A stretch of 64,000 nt of DNA, from positions 320,001 to 384,000 of the forward strand of contig CAVZJB010000004.1 of NCBI GenBank assembly GCA_963775425.1, in the 5' to 3' direction. Numbering within the stretch: position 1 is the first letter of the stretch; each line of letters opens with the position of its first letter. A program made the translations under genes and the position numbers. Positions 1 through 10,373 of the stretch are shown here, piece after piece. A model generated the notes under the pieces. That model was not told the origin of the DNA, ran no database searches, and saw only the letters and a list, made by a program, of their open reading frames with translations. The DNA is from an uncultured delta proteobacterium (GTDB taxonomy: Bacteria > Myxococcota > UBA727 > VGSZ01).

Positions 1-451
1 ACGACGACGCGGCGGTGCTGCCGTCGGGCAGGAAGAGCCGGGCGCTCGTCTCCACCCGCCGCCCCTCCACCCGACCCACCAGCGCCTCGAACGTGGCCAT
101 GGTCAGCAAGGGCACCGGCCGCTTGAAGTCGACCTCGATCTTCGCCGCGACCACGCGGTGGCCGGCGAGCCAGGCGCCGCTGCCCATGACGTCGTCGAGG
201 ACCGCGGCGATGGAGCCGCCGTGCGCGTGGCGGGGCGGCCCCTCGCACGCGGGACCGAACCACGCGCGGCCGACCATGGCGCCGTCGGCGTCGCGCATGA
301 AGTGAGCGACCCGGAGCGCCTGGCCCTCGGCCTTGGCCACGAACGATGTCGCGAAGCCCGCGCCGCTCAGCGACTCCCGCCGCGGCAGGAGCGTCCAGCC
401 CGGGTGCGGGGCGTCGACGTTCAGCTCGGGCTCGCTCGTCTCTCCGGCCAT
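1..451 (-). CDS. PaaI/hotdog-fold thioesterase (3' end runs off window)
   Basis: Own translation: MAGETSEPEL...GPACEGPPRHAHGGSIAAVLDDVMG...IEVDFKRPVP; HGG..A..D hotdog motif; GGGGAG RBS before ATG at 451. Confidence 0.85.
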   Translation of the reverse strand, partial: MAGETSEPELNVDAPHPGWTLLPRRESLSGAGFATSFVAKAEGQALRVAHFMRDADGAMVGRAWFGPACEGPPRHAHGGSIAAVLDDVMGSGAWLAGHRVVAAKIEVDFKRPVPLLTMATFEALVGRVEGRRVETSARLFLPDGSTAASS

Positions 452-462
452 GCTCTCCCCCT

Positions 463-1746
463 TCAACCATCCGCCGGCACGCCGTCGAGCGCGCTCTGCG
501 CCCGCCAGAAGCGGGCGGGGCGCCGGCGCGCCCCCGGCGTCTCGACGGCCGCGCGCCACGCGTCCACCGCCGAGCGGTGCTCCTGCCACAGGCCCTCGTC
601 GTCGGCGCCGTCGGCGAGCGCCCGCGCCTCGAGCGCGTCAGCCTGCGCGCGGACCGCGGGGAAGCGCGACCAGTCCGACAGCAGCAGCCGATGCAGGCGC
701 TCGTGACGCCACCACAGGGAGTCCACGTCGTAGCCCGCGCCCGGCACCGGCCCGTACGCGCGCGCCGCGCTCCCCTCCGCGCCGGACGCGCCCGGCAAAA
801 AAACCGGCTTGAACACGCTCAGGCACGGGCTCGAGGTCCCCGTCAGCCACACGCGCGGCCCCGTCGGGGTCCGCTGCGGTCCGGCCAACTGCGTGATGAG
901 CGAGCCCGTCGTCTGCCCCGCGGTCCTCGTCGGCAAGCCGGCGGCGTGGGCGCACGGCATCGACATCACCAGGCCTTCGCGCGGGACGTGCCCGGCGTGG
1001 TCGCGCAGCGCGCGCGCCATCTCGGCGACCGACGGGCCCGCCAGGCGCGCCGTGCACGCCGCGCGCGTCGACGCCCCCGCGAGCGCCGCCATCGTGCGGC
1101 GGCCGAAGGCGCCCGCGAAGTCGCGCGGGCCGCCGTCGTCGACGAGGTCGGCGGCGCGGATGGTCAGCGCGTTCGAGATCGATCGCACCGTGAACGCCGG
1201 CACCGGGGCCGTCACCGCGGCCGACGCGGTCGTCGACGGCGGCGCCACGCGCTCGGCGGCGAAGCGACGCCCGGCCGTCTCCAGCACCCACGCCTCCGCG
1301 CCGTCGGCCACGAGGAACGACGACGAGTAGGAGAAACCCTCATGGCGATAGCCCATGCGGCCGCCCTGCCCGTGCGCACGCAGGAGCGCGGTCATGACGT
1401 CGACGGCTTCGCGCGCGCTCGTCGCGCGCTCGAGCGCCAGGCGCAGCAGGTCCATGCCGGTGAGCCCGACCGCGTCGAGCTTCTCCGTCGTGAACACGGC
1501 CTCGTTGCCGATGGCCACGCCGCGCTCGTTCACGCCCATCTCCGCGCCCCACATCCAAAACGGCCGCGAGAGGATGACGCCGAACGTCTCCTCGACGTCG
1601 TCGATCTCCACGTGCGTGCAGCGCACCCGCCCGCCGCGGCGCTGGCGCGCAACGCGCTCCACCACCTGCGCCTCTCCGGGCTCGCGGTCGCTGTTCTTCG
1701 CGAGCCACACGCCCGTGGGCCCGACGGTGACGACGGTGTCGCACAT
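463..1746 (-). CDS. Peptidase C69 / secernin-like Ntn hydrolase
   Basis: MCDT start (Cys2 nucleophile), AKNSDRE, WMWGAEMGVNERGVAIGNEAV, LTGMDLLRLALER; ATG overlaps upstream stop (TGATG). Confidence 0.9.
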   Translation of the reverse strand: MCDTVVTVGPTGVWLAKNSDREPGEAQVVERVARQRRGGRVRCTHVEIDDVEETFGVILSRPFWMWGAEMGVNERGVAIGNEAVFTTEKLDAVGLTGMDLLRLALERATSAREAVDVMTALLRAHGQGGRMGYRHEGFSYSSSFLVADGAEAWVLETAGRRFAAERVAPPSTTASAAVTAPVPAFTVRSISNALTIRAADLVDDGGPRDFAGAFGRRTMAALAGASTRAACTARLAGPSVAEMARALRDHAGHVPREGLVMSMPCAHAAGLPTRTAGQTTGSLITQLAGPQRTPTGPRVWLTGTSSPCLSVFKPVFLPGASGAEGSAARAYGPVPGAGYDVDSLWWRHERLHRLLLSDWSRFPAVRAQADALEARALADGADDEGLWQEHRSAVDAWRAAVETPGARRRPARFWRAQSALDGVPADG

Positions 1747-2984
1747 CAGGGCGTGGTGCTCGAGTCGATGATGCGGAAGTCGCCTGAGTCGACGGTGACG
1801 TCGAGTGCAGCGCCGAAACTGCTCTCGCAGTGCATGGACACGAGATCGCCGTCCACGCTGAATCCGCAGGCGCTGGACGTGATGTCGTTGTCCAGGAGGA
1901 ACCCCTGCAGCGTGGGGTCCTTCCACGCGGCGCGGAAGGTGCCGAGGCGCAGCGGGCGGGCGTTGGGATCGGCGATGACGACGAACGTCACGAACGGGTC
2001 GTCGCTCGAAAAGCACGCCACGATCCGGGTGTCCACGACGAGGCCGTCGTCGGGGCGGATGACGGCAGCCGCGTTCTGGAAGTGGGTGAGGGCCTGGTCG
2101 AGGAAGGCCTGCATGACATCCGGCCCGACGAGCGCTGCGCGCGCCAGCATGGCCTGGTCGAGGAGCGGCAGCGTGAGCTTCTCGTCGTCGACGACGAACG
2201 TGGTGGCGAACCGCCCGGCGCGCAACACGCACTCCGCCGCCTGCGGGACCGCGCACGACGGGAACGTGCCGGGGTACGGACACGTCTGCCGCGTGGCGGC
2301 GTCGAACGGCACGGATGCGACCACCAGCGTGGGCAAGAGCCCGTCCGCCGACGCCGCCGTGAGCGCGTCGCACGACGGCGTGTCGAGCGGCGCGCGCGAC
2401 ACCTGGAAGCCGAGCGCGCCCTCCACCGCGCGGTCCACCACGCCGATGTCGGAGCCGGGAACGGCGCCGAGCACGATTGTGTTCCGGCGCGGGTCCTGTT
2501 GCATGGCGACGGCGTTGGCGGCGGCGACCTCCCCGAGCGTCAGCTTGTCCTGCTGCGCGAAGTCCGTGTACAGGCGCGTGTACTCGTCGAGGGACAGGCC
2601 GTTGTCGACCACGTCCGCGCTCCGCTCCAGGTCCCGCGTGCGCGCGTCGAGACAGACACCCGCGACGCACGCGTCGGCGCCGGGGCAGCGGCACGCCGCG
2701 CAGTCGTAGCCCGGCGGGGAGCCGTCGCCGGCGCAGACGTACGGGCCGTCGCAGTCGCCGGCGGCGCACGTCGTCGACCACGGCGTCGCGCATGCGTCGC
2801 CGGGCGCGCCGCCGCACGTGCCGAAGGTGCAGCCGGTATCGACGCAGCAATTGTCCTCGGTCTCACCGTCGTCGACGGCGCCATCGCCGCAACGCGCCGC
2901 GGGGTCCGGGCATGCCGCCGCGAGCGTCGCGATGAGCGGGAGCGCGAGCGCCGAACGTGCCTGGACGAAGCGGGTTCGCGTCAC
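1746..2984 (-). CDS. Cysteine-rich hypothetical lipoprotein
   Basis: Lipobox-like LAAAC, CGDG..DDGET..NCC.D Cys-rich repeat; GTG start at 2984 estimated. Confidence 0.65.
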   Translation of the reverse strand: MTRTRFVQARSALALPLIATLAAACPDPAARCGDGAVDDGETEDNCCVDTGCTFGTCGGAPGDACATPWSTTCAAGDCDGPYVCAGDGSPPGYDCAACRCPGADACVAGVCLDARTRDLERSADVVDNGLSLDEYTRLYTDFAQQDKLTLGEVAAANAVAMQQDPRRNTIVLGAVPGSDIGVVDRAVEGALGFQVSRAPLDTPSCDALTAASADGLLPTLVVASVPFDAATRQTCPYPGTFPSCAVPQAAECVLRAGRFATTFVVDDEKLTLPLLDQAMLARAALVGPDVMQAFLDQALTHFQNAAAVIRPDDGLVVDTRIVACFSSDDPFVTFVVIADPNARPLRLGTFRAAWKDPTLQGFLLDNDITSSACGFSVDGDLVSMHCESSFGAALDVTVDSGDFRIIDSSTTP

Positions 2985-3008
2985 GCCGCGAGATGCTACA
3001 CGAGCCCC

Positions 3009-5093
3009 ATGCGCACGCGCCACGTCGTCGACGGAAAGCCGAAGTACACGAACGCGCTCGCGCGCGAGACCAGCCCGTACCTGTTGCAACACGCGCACAA
3101 CCCCGTGAGCTGGCGCGCGTGGAACGACGAGACCCTCGCGGAGGCCAGGAAGCTCGACAAGCCCGTGTTCCTCTCCATCGGCTACTCCACCTGCCACTGG
3201 TGCCACGTGATGGAGGAGGAGAGCTTCGAAGACGAGGAGATCGCCGAGGCCGTCAACGCGGGCTTCATCCCCATCAAGGTGGACCGCGAGGAGCGCCCCG
3301 ACGTCGACGGCATCTACATGACGGCGGTGCAGGCGCTCACCGGTCACGGCGGCTGGCCGATGACGGTGTTCATGACGCCCGACGGAAAGCCGTTCTTCGC
3401 CGGCACCTACTTCCCCGCGCGCGACGGGGACCGCGGCGCGCGTTTGGGGTTCTTGTCCATCGTGCGCCGCCTCGACGAGGCGTGGCGCACGGAGCGCGAG
3501 CGCGTCACCGGCTCCGCCGAGGAGATCACCTCCGAGCTGCAGAAGCTCATGCGGCCGCTCGCGCCCACGGACCTGCCGCCGCTCGCGGTGGTGGACCACG
3601 CCGTCCGCTTCTACGCCGGCCGCTACGACCCCGCTTGGGGCGGCCTCGCGCCCGCGCCCAAGTTCCCGAGCTCGCTGCCCATCCGCGTGATGCTGAGACA
3701 CCACGCGCGCACCGGTGACGCGAGCTCACTCGAGATGGCGGCGACGACGTTCGCGAAGATGGCCGACGGCGGCATCCACGACCAGGTGGGCGGCGGCTTT
3801 CACCGCTACTCCACCGACGACCGCTGGCTCGTTCCCCACTTCGAAAAGATGCTCTACGACAACGCGCTGCTCGTCGCCGCCGGCGTGGAGCTTTGGCAGG
3901 TCACGGGCGATGCGCGCGTCGAACGCGTGGTGCGCGACACCCTTGCGTACGTCGAGCGCGACATGACGTCGCCGCCGGGCGCCTTCTTCTCCGCCACCGA
4001 CGCAGACAGCCTCTCCCCCGAGGGAAAGCGCGAGGAGGGCTTCTACTTCACGTGGACGCCCGAGGAGCTCGAGGCCGAGCTCGGCGAGGAGCGCGCGCGC
4101 ACGTGCATGGACGCATGGGGCGTGACGGCGGGAGGAAACTTCGAGGGGCGGTCCATCCTGTGGCGGCCGCACCCGAGCACGATCACGCCGGACATCGAGC
4201 GGGTCCTCGACGAGGCCAGGCCGCTCCTGTTGCGCGCGCGCAACGAGCGTCCGCTGCCGCTGCGCGACGAGAAGGTTCTGTGCGGCTGGAACGGCCTCAT
4301 GATCTCGGCGTTCGCCCGCGCCGGCTTCGCCTTCGACGAGCCGCGCTTCGTCGACGTGGCGGCGCGCGCCGCGCGCTTTGTCCTCGAGCACATGCGCGGC
4401 GAGAACGGCCGGCTCATGCGCACGTTCAAGGACGGCGTCGCGCGGAACGCGGGCACGCTCGACGACCACGCCTTCTTCCTGCAGGGGCTGCTCGACTTGT
4501 TCGAGGCCGGCGGCGATCCGCGCTTCCTTGACGAGGCGCGCGCGCTCGAGCGCGTGGTCGCGCTCGCGTTCGAGGACGTGGCGCGCGGAGGCTTCTTCCT
4601 CACCGCGGCCGACGGCGAGCCGCTCCTCGCGCGCGAGAAGCCCGCGCACGACGGCGCCGAGCCCAGCGGCAACTCCGTCCACGCGCTGAACCTCGCGCGT
4701 CTCGCGGCGCTCCTCGACGACGACGCCATGCGCACGCGCGCCGAGCGGACGGTGCAGGCCTTCGGGCAGGTCCTCGCGCGGCACCCGGGCGCGCTGTCGG
4801 AGATGCTCCTGGCCGTCGACATGTTGCACGCCGTCCCCAGGGAGATCGTCCTCGTCGCCCCGGCGACTCCCGAGGCCGGGGACGCGATGCGCGCGCTGCT
4901 CGCCCCGCTGCGCCGCGCGTTCCTCCCGAACCGCGTGATCGTCCAAGCCCCCGAGTCGGGCGGCCCCGCGCAGCTCGCGCTCCTCGAGGGCCGCGTCGCC
5001 GTCGACGGCAAGCCGACGGCGTACGTGTGCGAGCGCCGCGCGTGCAAGCTCCCCGCAACCACGCCCGACGCCCTCGCCGCCCGCTTGCGCTGA
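3009..5093 (+). CDS. Thioredoxin domain-containing protein, YyaL/SSP411 (DUF255) family
   Basis: [66 protein letters not shown]. Confidence 0.95.
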   Translation: MRTRHVVDGKPKYTNALARETSPYLLQHAHNPVSWRAWNDETLAEARKLDKPVFLSIGYSTCHWCHVMEEESFEDEEIAEAVNAGFIPIKVDREERPDVDGIYMTAVQALTGHGGWPMTVFMTPDGKPFFAGTYFPARDGDRGARLGFLSIVRRLDEAWRTERERVTGSAEEITSELQKLMRPLAPTDLPPLAVVDHAVRFYAGRYDPAWGGLAPAPKFPSSLPIRVMLRHHARTGDASSLEMAATTFAKMADGGIHDQVGGGFHRYSTDDRWLVPHFEKMLYDNALLVAAGVELWQVTGDARVERVVRDTLAYVERDMTSPPGAFFSATDADSLSPEGKREEGFYFTWTPEELEAELGEERARTCMDAWGVTAGGNFEGRSILWRPHPSTITPDIERVLDEARPLLLRARNERPLPLRDEKVLCGWNGLMISAFARAGFAFDEPRFVDVAARAARFVLEHMRGENGRLMRTFKDGVARNAGTLDDHAFFLQGLLDLFEAGGDPRFLDEARALERVVALAFEDVARGGFFLTAADGEPLLAREKPAHDGAEPSGNSVHALNLARLAALLDDDAMRTRAERTVQAFGQVLARHPGALSEMLLAVDMLHAVPREIVLVAPATPEAGDAMRALLAPLRRAFLPNRVIVQAPESGGPAQLALLEGRVAVDGKPTAYVCERRACKLPATTPDALAARLR

Positions 5094-5261
5094 GCGGGCC
5101 TCCCGGCCCGTATCGCACAGGTACGCACAGGTCGGTCGGCACGTCGCCGGCGGCGAAACGGATCGAGCTGTGCGCAGGTGACGGGGGAACGGCGGCCGAA
5201 CAACCGCGACGCTACACTTTGATCATTCGACGCGCCTCTTGCTCGTCGAGGAGGCGGCGTC

Positions 5262-5846
5262 ATGAGAGCGTTCGTCGTCGGGATGGCGGGATCGTTGATG
5301 TGCGCGATGGCGGCCTCGGCCACCCCGCCCGCCAGCACCCCCGCACACAAGAACGTGGAGCAGGCCGCCAAGGCGCCAGGCTTCCTCGAGATGTTCGTCG
5401 CGGGAGTCGTCCCCACGCCGGAGGGCCACACCCTGGTCCTGGTGAACCCGGACGAGCAGGTGCTGTTGCCGCTCGGCATCGGGCTCACCGAGGCGCTGTC
5501 CATCCACGGGCGCCTTGAAAAGCGCCCGTTTTCGCGACCGATGACGCACGACCTGCTCGACCACATCGTCAAAGAGCTCGGCGGCCAGATCGTGCGGGTG
5601 CAGATCGACGACGTGCGTGACGATGTCTTCGTCGGCACCATCTTCATCCGCACCGCCGGCAAGGTGATGAAGTTCGACGCGCGCCCGAGCGACGCCGTCG
5701 CCCTCGCCCTCGGCAGCCGCGTGCCCATCTACGTCGCGCGCCCCGTCGTCGACCGCGCCGCCATCCACCCCGGCGACCTCGAGGACAGCACGCCCCCCGC
5801 ATCGACTCCGGCGCCGCCGCCGCCCAAGGGCGTCCTCGCCCTGTGA
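5262..5846 (+). CDS. Bifunctional nuclease (DUF151) domain protein with N-terminal signal peptide
   Basis: LP.GIG..EA.SI, RPMTHDLL, FDARPSDAVALAL...PIYV; hydrophobic N-terminus ending AMA/ASA. Confidence 0.85.
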   Translation: MRAFVVGMAGSLMCAMAASATPPASTPAHKNVEQAAKAPGFLEMFVAGVVPTPEGHTLVLVNPDEQVLLPLGIGLTEALSIHGRLEKRPFSRPMTHDLLDHIVKELGGQIVRVQIDDVRDDVFVGTIFIRTAGKVMKFDARPSDAVALALGSRVPIYVARPVVDRAAIHPGDLEDSTPPASTPAPPPPKGVLAL

Positions 5847-5863
5847 TGCGTTAGCGTGGCGCC

Positions 5864-6829
5864 ATGCGCCCGCTCTCCCCTGCACGTCGGCCCCTCGCGG
5901 CGCCGCCCTCCGTCCGGGTCACCCTCGCCGCCGTCGCCGCGGTGGTGCTCGCCGCGGGCGCCTGCGGCACGTTCGGGGCCACCCTCCCGCCGGGCGCCGC
6001 CGGCGGCTCCTTCCTCGACGAGGCCAAGGGCGCCGTGCCGTTCGAGGGCGCGGCCGCCACCGACCAGAGCGCGCTCGATGCCGCCGCCCGCGCGCACGCC
6101 GACGCCAACATCGACGTCTTGATGGCGCTGTTGCAGAGCTCGCGCGAGCTGCGCCACGACGTGCGCACGGGCGAGAAGGAGATCCACGCGCACGTCGAGA
6201 AGCGCGGCGGCGTCGACGACGCCGACCTCGCCCGCGTGCGCGACATCGCCCGCCGCTACCTCGAGCTCGACGCGCTGCTCTACGCGCTGTGGACGAGCTA
6301 CCGGCAGAGCCTGCCCTATTCGTCCGAGCCCGATCCCTACGCGCCCTTGCGCGCGGCCACGCTGCTGTCGCCGTCCACGCGCCAGGCCGGGGGCCTGCTC
6401 GCCCTGGGGGCGGAGCTCGTGCGACTCGACAACGCCGCCGTCGTCGTGCAGACGCTCGGTCCGCACCACGCGCTCACCCGCCTGCTCAACCGCGGCGACG
6501 AGAAGCTGAAGATCCCCGCCGAGGGCTTCGACCGCTGCGTCGGCGCGCTCTACGATCCCGACCACAGAAACCTCCTCGCCCGCCAACTGCACGCGGTCGC
6601 GGACGAGCAACAGCGCCTCGAGGCCGCCGGCGACCGCGACCCGCGCGTGGCCTTCCTGCTCGAGACCATCGCCGCGAGCGCCACGGGCAAGGCCATCCTC
6701 GAAGAGTCCGACGCCCACCGCCGCGTGGTGTTCATCTGGAACGTGGTCTCGCGCTCGACGCTCGACGCCGCCGGCCCGCTCATCGACGTGTTCATCGCCG
6801 ACGGCTACGCCCCCCAAGACGAGCCGTGA
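5864..6829 (+). CDS. Hypothetical helical lipoprotein
   Basis: Lipobox-like LAAGAC, plausible codon usage, fills gap between co-oriented genes. Confidence 0.65.
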   Translation: MRPLSPARRPLAAPPSVRVTLAAVAAVVLAAGACGTFGATLPPGAAGGSFLDEAKGAVPFEGAAATDQSALDAAARAHADANIDVLMALLQSSRELRHDVRTGEKEIHAHVEKRGGVDDADLARVRDIARRYLELDALLYALWTSYRQSLPYSSEPDPYAPLRAATLLSPSTRQAGGLLALGAELVRLDNAAVVVQTLGPHHALTRLLNRGDEKLKIPAEGFDRCVGALYDPDHRNLLARQLHAVADEQQRLEAAGDRDPRVAFLLETIAASATGKAILEESDAHRRVVFIWNVVSRSTLDAAGPLIDVFIADGYAPQDEP

Positions 6830-6885
6830 GCTCCGGCGCCGGCGGCCCCTCCAGCGGGCGCCGGTTTGGGATATCGTCCGCGCGG

Positions 6886-8211
6886 ATGCGCCCTTACGAC
6901 ATCATCAAGAAGAAGCGCGACGGGAGCGCGCTGTCGGCGGCCGAGGTCAAGTCGTTCGTCGACGGCTACGTCGCCGGCGACGTCGCCGACTACCAGATGG
7001 CGGCGCTCGCCATGGCCGTGTTCTTCAACGGCATGAGCCGCGAGGAGGTCGTGGCGCTCACCGACGCCATGCTGCGCTCGGGCACGGTCGTCGACCTCTC
7101 CGCCGTCCCCGGCAAGAAGGTCGACAAGCACTCCACCGGCGGCGTCGGTGACAAGATCTCGCTGCCGCTCGCGCCCGCGGTCGCCGCCTGCGGCGTCCCC
7201 GTGCCCATGGTGAGCGGGCGCGGGCTCGGACACACCGGCGGGACGCTCGACAAGCTCGAGAGCATCCCCGGCTTCAGGGTCGACCTCTCCCTCGACGACT
7301 ACCGGCGGCTCGTCGGCGAGGTCGGCTGCTGCCTCATCGGGCAGACGAAGGAGATCGCGCCCGCGGACAAGAAGCTCTACGCGCTGCGCGACGTCACGGC
7401 CACGGTCGACTGCATCCCGCTCATCGCGAGCTCCATCATGTCCAAGAAGCTCGCCGAGGGCATCGACGGCCTGGTCCTCGACGTCAAGGTCGGCTCCGGC
7501 GCCTTCATGAAGAAGCGCGAGGACGCCGAGGTGTTGGCGCGGATGATGGTCGACATCGGCGAGGGCATGGGCAAGGCCGTGGTGGCGCGCCTCACCTCCA
7601 TGGAGCAGCCGCTCGGCGCCATGGTGGGCAACGCGCTCGAGGTCGAGGAGTCCGTCGACGTGCTCGCCGGCGGCGGCCCCGCCGACGTGGTCGCGCTCAC
7701 CGTGGAGCTCGGCGGCGAGATGCTCGTCCTCGGCGGCGCCGCCAAGGATCTCGACGAGGGCCGCGCGCGCATCCGCGACGTGCTTTCGAACGGGAAAGCG
7801 CGCGAGCGCTTCGCCCGCATCATCGAGGCGCAGGGCGGGGACCCGCGCGTCCTCGACGACAAGTCGCTGCTCCCGCGTGCGCCCAAGCGCGTGGACGTGG
7901 CCGCCGCGCGCGACGGCGTCGTCGCCGCCGTCGACACCGAGAAGATCGGCGTCGCCTCGATGACCCTCGGTGGAGGCCGGCGCAAGGCGTCGGACGCCGT
8001 CGACCCGCGCGTGGGAATCCAGGTGAACAAGCGCATCGGCGACCGCGTCGCGCGCGGGGAGCCCCTCGTGACGCTCCACGTCGCCGACGCCGGCGTCGAC
8101 GAGGCCCGAACGCTCGCGGCGGCGGCCTTCACGCTGACCGACGCCGGCGTCCCGCCGCCGCAACTGTTCCTCGAGCGCATCGCCGGCGTCGAACCAGGAG
8201 CCCCTTCGTGA
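6886..8211 (+). CDS. pdp: Thymidine / pyrimidine-nucleoside phosphorylase
   Basis: MRPYDIIKKKRDG, DKHSTGGVGDK, SGRGLGHTGGTLDKLESIPG, YALRDVTATV, SIMSKK. Confidence 0.95.
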   Translation: MRPYDIIKKKRDGSALSAAEVKSFVDGYVAGDVADYQMAALAMAVFFNGMSREEVVALTDAMLRSGTVVDLSAVPGKKVDKHSTGGVGDKISLPLAPAVAACGVPVPMVSGRGLGHTGGTLDKLESIPGFRVDLSLDDYRRLVGEVGCCLIGQTKEIAPADKKLYALRDVTATVDCIPLIASSIMSKKLAEGIDGLVLDVKVGSGAFMKKREDAEVLARMMVDIGEGMGKAVVARLTSMEQPLGAMVGNALEVEESVDVLAGGGPADVVALTVELGGEMLVLGGAAKDLDEGRARIRDVLSNGKARERFARIIEAQGGDPRVLDDKSLLPRAPKRVDVAAARDGVVAAVDTEKIGVASMTLGGGRRKASDAVDPRVGIQVNKRIGDRVARGEPLVTLHVADAGVDEARTLAAAAFTLTDAGVPPPQLFLERIAGVEPGAPS

Positions 8212-9071
8212 GCACCATGCCCCCCGCCCCGCTCGGCCACGCCCAGGTCCAGGCCGCGGCCGACGCCGCGCGCGACAAGCTCCGCGTCGCCGCCGGCGCC
8301 GAAGCCGCCGCCGTCGGCGTGGTGCTCGGATCGGGGCTCGGCAGCGTCGCCGACGGCGTCCTCGACACAGGCGGCGCCGCCGTCGAGTACGGCCACCTCC
8401 CGCACTTCCCGGTGTCGTCCGTCGAGGGCCACCGCGGGCGCCTGGTGCTCGGCCGCGTGAAGGACACGCCGGTGCTGTTGATGCAGGGGCGGGTGCACCG
8501 CTACGAGGGCTATCCGGCGTCGAGCGTGGTGTTCCCCGTGCGCGTGCTCCACGCGTTGGGGGTGAACAAGCTCGTCGTCACCAACGCCGCCGGCGGCCTC
8601 GGCGACGGGATGAAGCCCGGCGACCTGATGGTCATCGAGGACCACATCAACCTCACCGGCGACAACCCGCTCGTCGGCAACAACGACGAGCGCTTCGGCC
8701 CGCGCTTCCCCGACATGAGCGACGCCTACGCCGCGCGCCTGCGCGCGGTGGCCGCCGACGTCGGCAAGGCCCGCGGCCTCAGCCTCGCGCGCGGCGTCTA
8801 TGCCGGGCTGCTCGGGCCGAGCTACGAGACGCCCGCCGAGATCCGCATGCTGCGCACGCTCGGCGCGCACGCGGTGGGAATGAGCACCGTGCTCGAGGTC
8901 ATCGCCGCCAACCACCTCGGCATGGAGGTGCTCGGCATCTCCTGCATCACCAACCTCGCCGCAGGCATCAGCGCGACCAAGCTCTCTCACGACGAGGTGA
9001 AGGAGACGGCCACGCGTGTGGAGCGCGCCTTCTCCGGCCTCGTGCTCGACCTCGTCCCCCGCCTCGCCTGA
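8208..9071 (+). CDS. punA: Purine-nucleoside phosphorylase (trimeric PNP/XapA type)
   Basis: LGSGLG, GR.H.YEG, TNAAGG, GPSYETPAE, GMSTV.E, TNLAAG; GTGA overlap with pdp stop. Confidence 0.95.
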   Translation: MSTMPPAPLGHAQVQAAADAARDKLRVAAGAEAAAVGVVLGSGLGSVADGVLDTGGAAVEYGHLPHFPVSSVEGHRGRLVLGRVKDTPVLLMQGRVHRYEGYPASSVVFPVRVLHALGVNKLVVTNAAGGLGDGMKPGDLMVIEDHINLTGDNPLVGNNDERFGPRFPDMSDAYAARLRAVAADVGKARGLSLARGVYAGLLGPSYETPAEIRMLRTLGAHAVGMSTVLEVIAANHLGMEVLGISCITNLAAGISATKLSHDEVKETATRVERAFSGLVLDLVPRLA

Positions 9072-9074
9072 GGC

Positions 9075-10373
9075 TCACAGGGGCGGGACCACCACGTCGT
9101 GGCCCTTGTCTCCGCCGAACAGGACGATGGCGCCGCCCACCGTCCGCATCATGTGCTCGCGGTTGTTCACCGCCACCGGCGCGCCGCCCTCCACGAGGAG
9201 CAACCCGTGCGTGGTGTCGAGCAGCACGATGCGGTGGTCATCGAGCGTGAGCATCTGATCGGGCGTGGTGCCCTGGAGGTCGATGGTGCGCAGGAGCTGG
9301 AAGTCGATGGAGTCGCTGCTGACGACGGGGAGCACCAAGGAGCCGCCGGTCAGGAGCGCGCGCGGGCGGTCGGAATCCACCGCGAGGAGGTCGACGCCGG
9401 GCCCGGAGAGGGTGACGAGGGTGTCGCCGCTCTTCCGCACGGCTTCGGTCTGCCCCGTGAAGAAGCGCAGCAGCGTGGTGGCGTCGAGGGCCATGAAGCG
9501 CGACGTCACCTGAGACCCGAGGGAGCGCCGCAGCAAGGGGTGACCGTCGGCGACGTCGACGAGCGCCGCGGCGTCGCCGTTGGCCACCCACGCGACGTCT
9601 CCGACGACGCCGACGTACGCGCCGTCTGCTTCGGACGGCGCCGTCGCAAAGACGCTCACTCTGAGATCATCGCCAGCGGCATCGACGTGAAGGGCGTTCA
9701 AGGTCGGCTCCCACACGAGCACGTGACCGTCCTCGTCACCGTCGCAGGCCACAGTGCCCGTGAAGCCGGCGCCGAAGGCGGTGGTGGCGATGAGCGACTT
9801 CTCGTCGAAGGTGTACGCGTTCACGGGCGTGCCACCGGGAGAGGTGCCGCCGACCACCCAACCGCGGCCGCTCAGCTCGTCGCACACCGCGGTGCCCGTG
9901 CGCTCGCTCGGGATGTCTTTGTCGACGAGCTCGGCGGCGTCGGGCTTCGCGAGCAGCATCGGGAGCGAAGCCGAGAAGCTCGGCGCGCCGTCCTGCACCA
10001 CGGCGGGGTCGTTGACCGAGGGGATGGTGACGGGGGCGGCCCGGCCGAGGGCCGAGGGGTTCTCCGGATCGCCGGTGGAGAACGAGACCGCGAGCACACG
10101 CTCCTGGGCGCCGAGGGGCAACGCGAAGCTCTGCGGGTCGCCCTGCTTGAAGCTCACCGACTCGGGGCGCTCGTCGTCGAGCTGGTAGCTGAGGTTGGTG
10201 AGCGGGCTGTCGACCCGCCGGGTCTGTCCCGCGGGCTCGCGCACCGCGAGCGTCACCGCGGCAAAGTCGGTGGGGCCGCACGCGGCCGCGCACGCGAGGA
10301 CACCGGCGGCGAGCGCGGCCGCGGAGCGCGCGCTCGGCTGCGCGGGCGACCGGCGGAACCGGCCACCGCTCAC
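9075..10373 (-). CDS. Hypothetical beta-rich lipoprotein
   Basis: Lipobox-like AAAC, beta-rich (kelch-like GWVVGG) C-terminal part; overlaps PEGA gene stop. Confidence 0.6.
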   Translation of the reverse strand: MSGGRFRRSPAQPSARSAAALAAGVLACAAACGPTDFAAVTLAVREPAGQTRRVDSPLTNLSYQLDDERPESVSFKQGDPQSFALPLGAQERVLAVSFSTGDPENPSALGRAAPVTIPSVNDPAVVQDGAPSFSASLPMLLAKPDAAELVDKDIPSERTGTAVCDELSGRGWVVGGTSPGGTPVNAYTFDEKSLIATTAFGAGFTGTVACDGDEDGHVLVWEPTLNALHVDAAGDDLRVSVFATAPSEADGAYVGVVGDVAWVANGDAAALVDVADGHPLLRRSLGSQVTSRFMALDATTLLRFFTGQTEAVRKSGDTLVTLSGPGVDLLAVDSDRPRALLTGGSLVLPVVSSDSIDFQLLRTIDLQGTTPDQMLTLDDHRIVLLDTTHGLLLVEGGAPVAVNNREHMMRTVGGAIVLFGGDKGHDVVVPPL

